The notes under the pieces: generated by a model
Seen by the model: the letters and a program-made list of their open reading frames with translations, nothing else
Told to the model about the DNA's origin: nothing
Database searches by the model: none
Part shown: piece by piece, positions 22,969 to 33,084 of the stretch
How positions within the stretch are numbered: the stretch's first letter is position 1
Layout: each line of letters begins with the position of its first letter
Made by a program: the position numbers and the translations under genes
Virus record (IMG/VR): IMGVR_UViG_3300009093_000035
Coordinates: 184,580-248,579 of that record
Length of the DNA: 64,000 nt
Reading direction: 5' to 3' (one strand)

Positions 22969-25059
22969 TCAGGCCTTCTTCGAAGCGGTCTCGACGACTT
23001 CCTCGTCCTCGTCGTCCTCATCGGCCGCCAAGAACGTACTCGCGACGCGAGAAGCGCTCTTCCCGCCGTCCCAAGCGAGGATCTCCGAGACCGACGGGCT
23101 CGCCGAGGCGATGATGGGAGCCGGCAGAGGCGGGTAGGCCTCCTGGATCATCTCGCTCCACCCGCACTTCGCTTTCTTCGCGTGCTTCGAGAGGAAGCCC
23201 GTGATCACGTCGTGCTTCGAGCCCATGCGGGCGTTGAGGTCGCAGGCGATCACGCCCGCCTCGTGGTCGACGTCCGAGCAAGCCTGGAGGGCGAGCTTCG
23301 AGGTCTTCCCCGAGAAGCCGTAGCGGCCCCCCTCGCGCTTCCCGGCCGTCTTCTCAGGCTTCCCCGGTCCGATGTCCGCCATGCAGGCCCGGAGCATCCT
23401 CGCGCTGCGGGAGCCCGTCCGCTTCTGGTGCTCTTCGAGGAAGCCCGGGGTCTCCGAGTCCTTCTCGTAGATCGCCTTCGCGAGCTTCTGGGTGAACTTC
23501 TGGAGGCGGTTCGTCGCCGATCCGCAGACGCGCTCCGCTTCCTTCGTGTACCCATAGAGGCCCGAGGCCGCGGTCTTGTCGGAAGCCGTCTTGTCCTCGT
23601 CTTCGGAGACGGGAGCGAGGTCCATGAGGAGAGCGCTGTCCTCTCCGCAGGCGTCCTTTTCGGAGGCGCCCTTCTCCAGCTTGTTCTTCAGCTTCTCGAC
23701 GGCCGGAGGCGGGTTCTCGACGTTCTCCTTGAACTCGGGGCCGACGACCTTCGAGACCTGCTCGGGGGTCATCGACTTCCCCTTCTCGAACTTCGACTCC
23801 TTCAGGCCCTCTTCGTAGTCGTCCGCCGAGAGTTCCCCCGCCTGCTTCTTCAGGTAGTCGGAAGTCGGCTTCTGACACGAGGGGGAACCGGGGTTCTTGT
23901 TCTTGCAGTAGATCGACCAGGCCGTAGCCCATGCCTGATCGTCGGAGTAGTCCGGGTTTCCCTCGGAGACCTCCTTGAAGTAGCGGTCCACGTCCTTCGG
24001 GACGTCGACTGCGTAGTGTTCGACGCTGGCGCGCTTCGACTCGAAGCGGACCTCGATGATGTCCCCCCACTTTTCGACCATCTTGTCGTACCACGTGTCG
24101 AAGGCCTTTTGGCTCTTGAAGGACTTCTCCTTCCAGCTTTCGCCTCGGACTTGGTACATGATGCTGTTGGGCCAGTCCCCGTCCCCTTCAGCAGCGGACT
24201 TGAACTCATCCTTGTGTTCGTCCTTCTGCTCGTTCCATTCCTTCTTGTCCGCCGGGTCCATGTTCTTCGTCGGGTCAGCGGGCTTCCCCTTCTCGAACTT
24301 GGCATCCTTCAGCTCTGCTTCGTAGTCGGCGACCCGAAGAGAGACGACCTCGAACGAACCTTCCTTCGAGGTGGACTTCAGCTTCTTCTGAGCCTTCTGG
24401 GCTTCCATCTGAGCCGTTCCGCTGGAGGTGTACTCACCGAGGAGCTTCGGCTGCTTCGCCTTTTGGGAAAAGGACCCCTTCTGGACTTGCCAGATCACGA
24501 TCTCTCCCTTGTCCTGGCGAACTTGCCAGACGCTCCCCTCGTCGAACTTGTCTCCCGGATATGAGTCGGCAGCGGACTTGAACTCGTCCTCGTGCTCGTC
24601 TTTCTGCTTCTTCCATTCCTTCGCATCCGCGTCGGACATGTTCTTCGTCGGGTCGGCCGGCTTCCCCTTCTCGAACTTCGAATCCTTCAGGGCTTCAGCG
24701 AACGCGTCCGTGGAAAGCTTCATGTCCTCGTCTCCTGAAGGAACCTGTTCGATGTCCGTTACCGTCGTGTCCGCATCCGGACCCGACAGATAGATAGTGA
24801 GCTTCTTGTCCCGAGCCGGGTCGAGGACGTAGAGAGTGTCCTTACTGACGCGGACGATCTCGTACTCCCGAGAGGGCTTCCCCTTGTAGGAGACTTCGAC
24901 GACGTCCCCCTTCTTCAGACCTGAGGGGATCTTCACCGTCATCGGGGCGGCCTTCTTCGGGAGGTAGGATCCACCAGCAGTGACCGGAACGGAGCTATCC
25001 GCAGCCGCGCCGCCGTAGTCCCGACGTGTTCGTAGAGGTTGGGTCACGATCACATCCAC
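22969..25059 (-). CDS. Large acidic/Lys-rich protein with internal repeats, putative virion protein
   Basis: KFEKGKPADPTKNM..EW..QKDEH.DEFKSAA twice plus a third KFEKGK; duplicated C-terminal YG(Y/F) helical unit. Confidence 0.7.
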   Translation of the reverse strand: MDVIVTQPLRTRRDYGGAAADSSVPVTAGGSYLPKKAAPMTVKIPSGLKKGDVVEVSYKGKPSREYEIVRVSKDTLYVLDPARDKKLTIYLSGPDADTTVTDIEQVPSGDEDMKLSTDAFAEALKDSKFEKGKPADPTKNMSDADAKEWKKQKDEHEDEFKSAADSYPGDKFDEGSVWQVRQDKGEIVIWQVQKGSFSQKAKQPKLLGEYTSSGTAQMEAQKAQKKLKSTSKEGSFEVVSLRVADYEAELKDAKFEKGKPADPTKNMDPADKKEWNEQKDEHKDEFKSAAEGDGDWPNSIMYQVRGESWKEKSFKSQKAFDTWYDKMVEKWGDIIEVRFESKRASVEHYAVDVPKDVDRYFKEVSEGNPDYSDDQAWATAWSIYCKNKNPGSPSCQKPTSDYLKKQAGELSADDYEEGLKESKFEKGKSMTPEQVSKVVGPEFKENVENPPPAVEKLKNKLEKGASEKDACGEDSALLMDLAPVSEDEDKTASDKTAASGLYGYTKEAERVCGSATNRLQKFTQKLAKAIYEKDSETPGFLEEHQKRTGSRSARMLRACMADIGPGKPEKTAGKREGGRYGFSGKTSKLALQACSDVDHEAGVIACDLNARMGSKHDVITGFLSKHAKKAKCGWSEMIQEAYPPLPAPIIASASPSVSEILAWDGGKSASRVASTFLAADEDDEDEEVVETASKKA

Positions 25060-25949
25060 TTGAACATCGGGGTGAGGGTACCCCGGTTCTTGAAATTGTA
25101 GGCGACGTACTTCAGCCGCTTGTATCCGTCGCGCTGGTAGCGAAGAGTCTGGGTGTCTTGGGCGATCGCCTCGTCACCCTGAAGATTCGTGAAGTACGCC
25201 TTGACCCCTTCCGGGAAGGAGATGAAGGAGACGTGGGTGAAGACCTTGCCATCCTTTCGGAACCCGTCAGGGAACCGGTCCGTGATCTCGAAGTCCACGA
25301 TCAACGGAGGGCCGTCCTCGAAGTCCTCGGCACCCGCGAAAGTAGACCAATCCCCGCTGTCGAACGGACGGATCTTGCCTTCCATCGCCTTCTTCAGGAA
25401 GCGAGCGGCAACCCGTGTTGCCATAACGACTCGACCCGCTTGAACCTGGCGACCGTCCATGGTGATCTCTCTTTCGACAGCTAGGGCGGGTCGACGGACG
25501 AGGTAGTCCGGCCACGCCTCGAACCACTTCTTCAAGAACTCTTCCCTCGGGAGAGTTCGAACAGTTTGCTCCGGATCGGGGATGTTCGGATCCGCGACGG
25601 ACACCTCGGTGTCGGTTACGTCGAACACGACCGAGGCGTGAGACCAATCCCGACCTTCCGGGTTCCAGGCGATCATCACGGCGACTCCGCGATCCGTCCA
25701 CTCCCTCAGCTGCTTCATGGAGCAGGGAGTGATCAGGGTCGCGCGCATCCCGAAGTGCTGACAAGCCGCGAGGGCCTGTTCCCAGGAAGCTCCCTTCATG
25801 GGCTTCGCGCCCATGACCTTGTTGACGGTGTCCTCGTCGTGGAAGGACCCCTGGGCCCCGAGCGCCATGCTGAGCGACGCCGCCATACAGCTGTACTGAG
25901 TACGCTGACGAATCGGAACGATGTCCGCTTTGGCTGACTTCGACGTCAT
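25050..25949 (-). CDS. Peptidase C39-like cysteine protease
   Basis: QRTQYSCMAASL, WSHASVV, VADPN catalytic C/H/D. Confidence 0.8.
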   Translation of the reverse strand: MTSKSAKADIVPIRQRTQYSCMAASLSMALGAQGSFHDEDTVNKVMGAKPMKGASWEQALAACQHFGMRATLITPCSMKQLREWTDRGVAVMIAWNPEGRDWSHASVVFDVTDTEVSVADPNIPDPEQTVRTLPREEFLKKWFEAWPDYLVRRPALAVEREITMDGRQVQAGRVVMATRVAARFLKKAMEGKIRPFDSGDWSTFAGAEDFEDGPPLIVDFEITDRFPDGFRKDGKVFTHVSFISFPEGVKAYFTNLQGDEAIAQDTQTLRYQRDGYKRLKYVAYNFKNRGTLTPMFKWM

Positions 25950-25989
25950 GAGGGTCGTCCAAGAGAACGGAATAGGCTTTCCAAAAGGC

Positions 25990-27663
25990 TCACGGCTTTC
26001 CTAGCGAGGACGCTACGAACTTCGCGGCCAGGCGGTCGAGCGCTTCGAACACCGTTGTAGGAGCGGGAGACGTCCAGTCCGAGGCGTTCCCGGGGATGTA
26101 GACGGGATTCTCCAACTGGCGGATCAGCGTCCCGAAGACGTAGAACTGATCCAGGTACACGCTGCTGGAGTCCTGGACTAGAGTGAGGGTCGTTCCGATC
26201 GCCGACGAGAAGCTGTTGAGCGCGACCGTCGTCCCGTCGTAGAGACGGACCGTACAGGCCGGAGCGGACGGCTGCATGTCGAACATGAGCTGGGTCGTCG
26301 GGAAGACGGCCATGTGGCGGAACGTGACGCCCATCGCCGAGGTGACTGTGCGGATGAACGGCTGGGCGCCTCCGCTCATGATCACTGCGCAGTCGTTGAA
26401 CTCGATCGTCTCGGGGAAGTTCCCGAATGGAACGGTAGTGACGTTCAACTCGATGAAGTTGATCCTCGACCATCTCCAGACGTTCCGGAAGCGCGACTCG
26501 TTCAAGGTGACGTCGGTGAGAGGTCCTACGGGAGATCCGATGAACTCGACCGGAGGAGTGAACGTCCAGAGACCCGGGTCGACCGAGAGCGCCCCGTAGC
26601 TCGAATCGAGGAAGACGTGCTTCGAACCGGGAGCCGCTTGGATCCAGGCGAAGAGGGACGCCCACGTGTTGAAGATCCCCGGGGCCGTAGGCGCTCCTAC
26701 GCCACGCCAGATCGCTGCCGACCCACCCCCAGAGACCACGAGTCCCTTCAAGGCATCGAGGGCCGCCTGCACGTCCGTAGCGTTCAGGGGAGGGGTTACC
26801 GCGCTGTCGTTGTAGGCGAGGTAGGCGGCCTGTCCTACGAGCGTCTTCGTAACCGTCCCGGCGAACCCGGGATTCGAAAGGGAGATCGCCTGTACGTTCG
26901 GAGAGGCGATCGCGTAACCCGCGACCGAGCCCGGGTCCGAGCCCTTCAAGATCTGAGCGCTGATCCCGCCGAATCCTTCGACAGTGATCGAGAGAACCGA
27001 TCCCGCCCCTAGGCCGAACACGGGATGGGAGTTCCCGCCAAGGTGACCACTCATGAACAGTGCGAGAGTGGAGCCGTTCGCGATCTGGAAGAGGGGGAAG
27101 GTACCGCCAGAGGTGAGCTGGCACGATTGATCGATGATCACTTCATCGATCGTCGCCGAGACCGAAAGCGGGGAAGGACCAACCAAACCCTGGGCCGCCA
27201 GGTTGAGGCTCGAACCGATGTAGGAGATCCCTACCTGACCGGAAGGCCCGACGAGAAAGAACCCGTCGTCCAAGACAACAGTCGTAGAGGTTCCGAGGTG
27301 CTTACCCTCCCACCTCATCGCATAGGAGACGGTCCAGGGGAGAGTGAGGTGAATGGGAGAGACGAACGAGTCGTCGAACAGAATCGTGAGAGGACCCGCG
27401 AAAGCGGCTACTGCAGCCTGGAGATCCGCCTCAGTCGTTACGACCCCAAACGTCGGGGTCCCTCCCGGTCGATAGATCAGGCCCCCGTTTTCCCCGAGCC
27501 CGAGACCGGGCATCGGCACCCAGGCCGATCCGTCCCACGTCAGTACATCGCCTAGGGTAGGCGGCGGACCACCCAGGAGATCGGGGCCGATCGCAAGGAT
27601 CTGCTCCCGAGCGCTTTCCTGGGTAGCGCCGATCGCGGCGAAGAGGGGTCTAGGTCCGGACAT
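25990..27663 (-). CDS. Tail fibre / receptor-binding-like protein
   Basis: GDVLTWDGSAWVP, ATDVQAALDAL, TVFEALDRLA; Gly/Ser/Thr-rich beta repeats. Confidence 0.6.
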   Translation of the reverse strand: MSGPRPLFAAIGATQESAREQILAIGPDLLGGPPPTLGDVLTWDGSAWVPMPGLGLGENGGLIYRPGGTPTFGVVTTEADLQAAVAAFAGPLTILFDDSFVSPIHLTLPWTVSYAMRWEGKHLGTSTTVVLDDGFFLVGPSGQVGISYIGSSLNLAAQGLVGPSPLSVSATIDEVIIDQSCQLTSGGTFPLFQIANGSTLALFMSGHLGGNSHPVFGLGAGSVLSITVEGFGGISAQILKGSDPGSVAGYAIASPNVQAISLSNPGFAGTVTKTLVGQAAYLAYNDSAVTPPLNATDVQAALDALKGLVVSGGGSAAIWRGVGAPTAPGIFNTWASLFAWIQAAPGSKHVFLDSSYGALSVDPGLWTFTPPVEFIGSPVGPLTDVTLNESRFRNVWRWSRINFIELNVTTVPFGNFPETIEFNDCAVIMSGGAQPFIRTVTSAMGVTFRHMAVFPTTQLMFDMQPSAPACTVRLYDGTTVALNSFSSAIGTTLTLVQDSSSVYLDQFYVFGTLIRQLENPVYIPGNASDWTSPAPTTVFEALDRLAAKFVASSLGKP

Positions 27664-27711
27664 GGTTCTCCCCTATGGGAGCCCATTGTCTCCTCAACGG
27701 GGGACCTCCGA

Positions 27712-28347
27712 TCAGCGCCTTCGGACGGCGCGCTTCGGCTTCTCGGGGACGGGGGCCACCTCCGGCTCGGAGGCCGCCGCCTTCAGCGCCGCGTGGACCT
27801 CTTCGGTCACACGAGCGAGCATCTGGTCGTAGGGTTCGCTCGTGAGAGCCTCGTACTCGGCGACCTGAACTTCGGCGCGCTGGCGATTCTCGTGGACGCT
27901 GATCTTCACGGTCTCGACGTGACGATCCACGTACGCGATCTGATCTTCGAGCGCGGCCTTCTCAGACTTCGAACCCTTGAAGCCTTTCAGCTTCTTTTTC
28001 AGCTCCTCCTTCGCTTCCTCGTGAGAGGCCCCGAAGAGACGAAGAGCTTCGTCCGAGAGGACCTGACTCTCGTGATCCTTCGTAGGAACCGAGAGGATCT
28101 GCTGAGCCTTCTCCAGTTGGAGGGCTCGATCCTGAAGAGTCAACTGGATGTTCTGATCGATCCAGAACTTCACCCAGCTCGTCATCTTGTACCCGGGGCC
28201 CGGGGGGTTCCCCGGAGAAGTCTCCGGGTCGACCATCTGATGAGCACGACCTTCCTTCAAGGCGAGGAGGTCGAGTTCGTAGCGCTGTCGGATAGCCGAG
28301 GCCCACGTCTCGTGGTTGAGGATCTGAGAAGCTGTTCGTACCTTCAT
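27712..28347 (-). CDS. Hypothetical coiled-coil protein
   Basis: Codon bias; helical composition. Confidence 0.6.
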   Translation of the reverse strand: MKVRTASQILNHETWASAIRQRYELDLLALKEGRAHQMVDPETSPGNPPGPGYKMTSWVKFWIDQNIQLTLQDRALQLEKAQQILSVPTKDHESQVLSDEALRLFGASHEEAKEELKKKLKGFKGSKSEKAALEDQIAYVDRHVETVKISVHENRQRAEVQVAEYEALTSEPYDQMLARVTEEVHAALKAAASEPEVAPVPEKPKRAVRRR

Positions 28348-28356
28348 GATGTAACC

Positions 28357-29652
28357 CTATCCCTCCAACCACTCTACAATTACGTTCAATTCCGTTACTG
28401 TGATGGCTGTCGTTGCTGAACCGTTTGTGATCCACACCTCAACGAAATCGGTACCCGAATCGGTAAGCTGGACTATCGCCTGGACTTTCATGTTCTCGCT
28501 TCTACCCGCGCTACTGGTGGTAGTTTGAGATTCGCTGGAGGCTAGGGTGACGCCGTTCACCGCCACGCGAGCCAGAACGAGCTGGTTGTTTCCGCTGTTT
28601 AGCGAGAGGGTGACCGAGACCTTGAAGAAACCAGTCCTCGCGCCGATGTAGGTTGCTCTGTTGTTAGAGAGCGAGAAGCGCTCTACGAAAGGTCCGCTCG
28701 TCGTAGTTCCCAAGACTTTTACGAAGGTGCTTTGTACCGACACCGGCGTAGAAGTAACGTTGTTGGTCGTGTAGTACTGAGCGATTACCGTCGAGTTTGG
28801 AATCCCTCTACAATCCGTAAATTGGGACTTGTTGTCCGTAGAAAGAACTCCGGTCAGGTAAGTCCCGCCGCCCAAGAAGGCCACGCTCTGTAGGACGTAC
28901 CCCTCCTCGGGGATTGTAGCGCCTACATTTACGTTGATTCCGGTTTGTCCAGGGAGAACCACCAAAGCCGCCTCGGTGATTCGAAACCTCCCTGAGAAAG
29001 ACGAAGGAAGAACCAACAACGTACCTCCTGCCTGGGCGGTAAATTGACACTGGTTCAACCCCACGGATTGGATGGTTCCGTCGAAGGTCAGAGCGTTCGA
29101 GTTCCGTAGCTCCGAGTTGGTTAGAAGAACCGTCTCATAGTCAGCTATTCTGCCCACTGTTTGGCAGTTGATGAAGCGAACATCGATCCAATTTAGGTCC
29201 TGAGTTCCGTCCCCGTCCAAGCTCAAAGCCACGTTCGCTTCAAGAGAAACGAAGTTGAGGTTGAGAGTTAGGGCGGAGGTGATGAGAGCGGTCCCTACCA
29301 GACCCGTGCTTTTGATTCGGCTGATGTCACTCCCGTAACCAAAGATAGAGGAGTTGACTCCGCCTACGATTCGATTCCCTACCAGATCCACTGTCGTCGG
29401 GAAAATGTATGTCGTGGAATCGGCGAGCGTGTGAACTCCGCCTACTGGGGTTGGGAGATCCGAAGCGCTGTTAACCACTACTACGTGAGGGGAGGACGAG
29501 GGAGCGGATCCTGGCACCCAAGCAGCCCCATCCCAAACAAGAGTTTGTCCGATGGACGGCGCTAGAGAAGAGCTGGGCCCTACTGCGTCGATTTGAGCCC
29601 GCGCGTTTTCCTTGGTGGACGAAATAGCCGCCACCAAGTTTCGAGTCTTCAT
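28357..29652 (-). CDS. Tail fibre / beta-helix-like protein
   Basis: GQTLVWDGAAWVP, VVVNSASDLP; lower GC than flanks. Confidence 0.6.
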   Translation of the reverse strand: MKTRNLVAAISSTKENARAQIDAVGPSSSLAPSIGQTLVWDGAAWVPGSAPSSSPHVVVVNSASDLPTPVGGVHTLADSTTYIFPTTVDLVGNRIVGGVNSSIFGYGSDISRIKSTGLVGTALITSALTLNLNFVSLEANVALSLDGDGTQDLNWIDVRFINCQTVGRIADYETVLLTNSELRNSNALTFDGTIQSVGLNQCQFTAQAGGTLLVLPSSFSGRFRITEAALVVLPGQTGINVNVGATIPEEGYVLQSVAFLGGGTYLTGVLSTDNKSQFTDCRGIPNSTVIAQYYTTNNVTSTPVSVQSTFVKVLGTTTSGPFVERFSLSNNRATYIGARTGFFKVSVTLSLNSGNNQLVLARVAVNGVTLASSESQTTTSSAGRSENMKVQAIVQLTDSGTDFVEVWITNGSATTAITVTELNVIVEWLEG

Positions 29653-29884
29653 CGCTCGTCTACCAGAGCTTCACAACCCTCTGGAACCGTCACGACCGGT
29701 AGCCCAGAGCATCCGCGACCCATGGAAGGATCTCTCGGAGCGCACCGCTCGCACCACACGCAAGCCCGAGTCGACGTACACACGCCGCACTCGTTGTGGA
29801 CGTCGTCGAGGCAGGCTCGCCCCGTCTCTACCTAAGGCGGTGGGCATCCAGGAAGGAGAAAGAACGCGAGTAGCAGAAGACGCT

Positions 29885-30859
29885 TCATGGCTTCGCTCCG
29901 GGCTTCGTGATCCACGGGTACATCTCTCTCCCGAGGTGGGCGAAGAGGGGCGTCAGAGGACCCAGGTCGGGGAAGGGGACTCCGGACGCTTCGGCGATCG
30001 CCGCTACTCGACACGCCGCCTGAAGGGTCAGGGTAGCCGGGAAGACGTTCACGGCGAAGGCCTCAGGGACGAGGGAGTAGGCGATGTCGACCCTCATGTG
30101 GGGTTCGGACTTCGGGTCGTTCAGTACTTCGACGGTCAGGGTCGAAGGGTCTGCGCCCTGGAGCTTCACGAGGCCGCGGTAGTAGAAGCTCGCCTCGGAG
30201 AATGGAGTGGGGTGGTAGTGACTTCGACGAAGGATCGGATTCACGAAGTCCGGTCCGAAGTAGAGGACCCGACTCTCCCCCGTCGCCATTCCCGCTTCGA
30301 GAACGTAGGCGAAGGGGATTCGCTCGTGGTGAGCGAAGAAGAGGTAGACGCCGATCGCTCCGAAGCGAGAGCCTCCGGATCGAACGGGCGAGATGACATG
30401 GACCCGGTCGAGGGCCGGGAACTTCATGTTCAGCGTCGTCGCCATGTCTGCGAGGTACTCGCGAGCGAGCGTCATCGAGTAGAGCTTGTGGTCTCCCGCG
30501 TACATCGTTCCGATCGGAGTCTCGATCGGGGAAGTCTCCCACCCGTCGAGAACCGAGACGCGAGCGAAGTAGAGCTGAACCGGGAAGCGAGACTCGATCG
30601 GGGAAGTTCGGTGGTGGGTTCCCGTTCCGACCCAGTAGTCCACGATCCGCGGATCCGCGCGCGGATCGCGCGGCGGAGGAGCCGGATCGGTCGCGTGGAA
30701 CGAATCGATCCCGTGGCCCTGGAAGAGCTGGGGGTGCTTCGCCGCCGCGTCCTGGAGACAACGGAGACTCGCCTCGACGGCCTCGGGGGTGATGATCACT
30801 TCAGGGTCCGGGAACGCGGTCCGAAGAAGCGAGGACACGGTCTGGTTGAGGTCAGTCAT
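29885..30859 (-). CDS. Hypothetical, possibly DUF1365-like
   Basis: Start MTDLNQ; VYLFF..YVLEAGMATGESRVLY and HPTPF resemble DUF1365 motifs. Confidence 0.4.
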   Translation of the reverse strand: MTDLNQTVSSLLRTAFPDPEVIITPEAVEASLRCLQDAAAKHPQLFQGHGIDSFHATDPAPPPRDPRADPRIVDYWVGTGTHHRTSPIESRFPVQLYFARVSVLDGWETSPIETPIGTMYAGDHKLYSMTLAREYLADMATTLNMKFPALDRVHVISPVRSGGSRFGAIGVYLFFAHHERIPFAYVLEAGMATGESRVLYFGPDFVNPILRRSHYHPTPFSEASFYYRGLVKLQGADPSTLTVEVLNDPKSEPHMRVDIAYSLVPEAFAVNVFPATLTLQAACRVAAIAEASGVPFPDLGPLTPLFAHLGREMYPWITKPGAKP

Positions 30860-32424
30860 CGTCTCACCTTGGCGATAAGGACTCCACCGCAAAGTGCGAT
30901 CTGGCAAGCGACCGAAACCGCATTCCGAACTGACGATCGGACCACTTCTGTAGGGTCGACGATCTTCGGAGCTTTTCGGAGGTCCCTCCAGTTCTTCTTC
31001 ACGAGGTCGTACCCGAGCCAACCGGTGGTATCTTTCGAGAGACGAGCTTCAGCCTGACCTATCAGGACCGGGGCTTCTTCCCCCGCTCTCTTCGCGAGAG
31101 ACCCGAAAATCGAGCGAAGTCCGGACCTCAAGATCGAAGCTCCGACCGTCTCCGGGAGGTCGAAGGAAGCCGCGAAGTACGTCCGACCCGCCCCGGGGAC
31201 GATTCCACCTCGTAGGGCCGTCTCCGCAGCCCGTAGGGCATCCTCCACCCGAGACCGACGGTCCTGTGCCTCTTGCTTCGTAAGGCCGCCTACGCGAAGC
31301 GTAGCCAGGCCCCCGTCCAAGGTGCTCGCTCGTTCGGTGAGCTGGTCGCGTTCGAACGGGTACTCGGAGGATTCCGCCCGGGCTCGAAGGGAGGAGACTC
31401 GGCGATCGATCGCGGACAAGATCTCCTCGTCCATGTACGAGACGAGGAGGGTTCGGTCTTTCGAGATCGTAGCTCGTCGGGCGTACCCCAACCAGGAACC
31501 TTTGAACTGATCTGCGGGACGACCGGCGTCAGGATCTACAAGCGTCGAGTTCGTGACGGTCGTGAGATCCTCCAACCAGTCGAGAAGATCTCCAGGAGAC
31601 CCGCTGTAGTCCACCGCGACGCAAGAGAGGACCCCCTTCTTGTCGTTCACGAGGATCGTAGCGAGGGCCTCCCCGGAAACGCTCGGGGCGAAGATCAGAA
31701 GACCGCGTCCGGGCCATTGGGTGGCCGCCTCCATCGCAGCGGCTACGTCCTCGGACTTCCGAAGCGGCCGGCGGAAGACCGCGACGAGAGGCCCGTCCAT
31801 CTCTCGTTCGTTCGCTCCTTCCGGAGCCATCGCGTACGAGACCCAACCCGAACGAAGAAGGAGCCCCTCCTTCTGTTCGAGGACGATGCCGGTCCCCTCG
31901 TGGGCGGCGATCACAACGGAGCCTTGTTCCCCAACTCCTAGGACGGCTTCCACGACCTTCTCCGCTACGAGCGGGTCCTCGTGGGACGCCATGTGGGCGA
32001 TCCGCGAAAGACTTTCCTCGTCCGGGGGCGCCGAGAGCTTCGAGATCGAGGCGTCCGCGATTTCCGCGGCTGATCGGATCTCTTGAACCACTCGAACGGG
32101 ATCCCAATCTGGAGCTACGGCGAGCTTTCCGATCTCTCGAAGTAGAGCGCTCGTCAGAAGAACCGTCGTCGAAGTCCCGTCCCCTACTTCAGCCTCGGTC
32201 TTCAGGGCCGCCGTTCGAACCAACGTCGCCCCCAGACGTCGCTTCCCTCCGAGTTGGCTTTCTCGGGTGAGGGCGGCCCCGTCGGTCGTGACGAGAACGG
32301 ATCCGTTCTTCGCGACCATGACCTTCCCGCCCGCGGGCCCGTAGGTCTTCTCCACCACACGTGCGACTTCGTGGACCCCCTCGGAGAGCAGGACCCACAC
32401 CTTCCGTTGATCCAAGACCGGCAC
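30856..32424 (-). CDS. groEL: GroEL-like group I chaperonin (divergent)
   Basis: TYGPAG, VTTDGA, GDGTSTT, RVEDALRA, GGIVPGAG, IVDPTEV; probable GTG start 32424. Confidence 0.85.
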   Translation of the reverse strand: MPVLDQRKVWVLLSEGVHEVARVVEKTYGPAGGKVMVAKNGSVLVTTDGAALTRESQLGGKRRLGATLVRTAALKTEAEVGDGTSTTVLLTSALLREIGKLAVAPDWDPVRVVQEIRSAAEIADASISKLSAPPDEESLSRIAHMASHEDPLVAEKVVEAVLGVGEQGSVVIAAHEGTGIVLEQKEGLLLRSGWVSYAMAPEGANEREMDGPLVAVFRRPLRKSEDVAAAMEAATQWPGRGLLIFAPSVSGEALATILVNDKKGVLSCVAVDYSGSPGDLLDWLEDLTTVTNSTLVDPDAGRPADQFKGSWLGYARRATISKDRTLLVSYMDEEILSAIDRRVSSLRARAESSEYPFERDQLTERASTLDGGLATLRVGGLTKQEAQDRRSRVEDALRAAETALRGGIVPGAGRTYFAASFDLPETVGASILRSGLRSIFGSLAKRAGEEAPVLIGQAEARLSKDTTGWLGYDLVKKNWRDLRKAPKIVDPTEVVRSSVRNAVSVACQIALCGGVLIAKVRR

Positions 32425-32451
32425 TGACGACTCTACGCGTAACGTCTGAAG

Positions 32452-33084
32452 ATGACGAAGAAGAACCAGTCCAAGAAGGCGGGGATCCGCGCGAAGAAAG
32501 CCGGAGAGAAAGCCAAGGCTCGCCAGACCGAGAAGATCCGAAAGGCGACCCTCTTCAAGAAGAAGCTCGCCACCTCTCTGGAGAACTTCTCCTCGAACCT
32601 CGGTCCGGGAGGATACGAGTACTGGCTCCTTCACGGAATGAACTTCATCCTGTCCTCCTACGAGGAAGGGATCTGGCAGCCGATCTTCCCCGAGGTCTAC
32701 GAAGGGAAGGCGATCACTCGAACTGATCTGTTCGCGCGGATCATGGACAAGCAGTTCGACGGGAAGGACCTCACCCCAGCCGGTTCGAAGGCCGTGATCT
32801 GGGCGTCGCTGAAGCCGAAGGAGATGTTCGCTCTCGTGACCCGAGCGCGTCAGTTCTCCTGGGCTGTGCAGAAGGATCCGCTCTCGCCTGGAGCCCCGGA
32901 GGTTTGGGGCTTCATCCACGAAGTGATGAACAAGTTCGTCGAGAAGCTCGACGACGACCAGAAGACCTCGGACGGGAAGATCAACCTACCGGCCGATCAG
33001 TACGGGAAGATCTTGCCCTCGGCCGTCGCCCAGACCGTCGCGATGCTCTCGGGAGTCGAGGACCCTTCGGTCCAGACCTCCTAA
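32452..33084 (+). CDS. Hypothetical protein
   Basis: Codon bias, 210 aa. Confidence 0.65.
   Translation: MTKKNQSKKAGIRAKKAGEKAKARQTEKIRKATLFKKKLATSLENFSSNLGPGGYEYWLLHGMNFILSSYEEGIWQPIFPEVYEGKAITRTDLFARIMDKQFDGKDLTPAGSKAVIWASLKPKEMFALVTRARQFSWAVQKDPLSPGAPEVWGFIHEVMNKFVEKLDDDQKTSDGKINLPADQYGKILPSAVAQTVAMLSGVEDPSVQTS

Noticed and set aside
32425-32919. N-terminal extension of the GroEL ORF (likewise 6029-6160 for TROVE)
   Set aside because: Overlaps a real opposite-strand gene or a structured leader; family homology begins downstream
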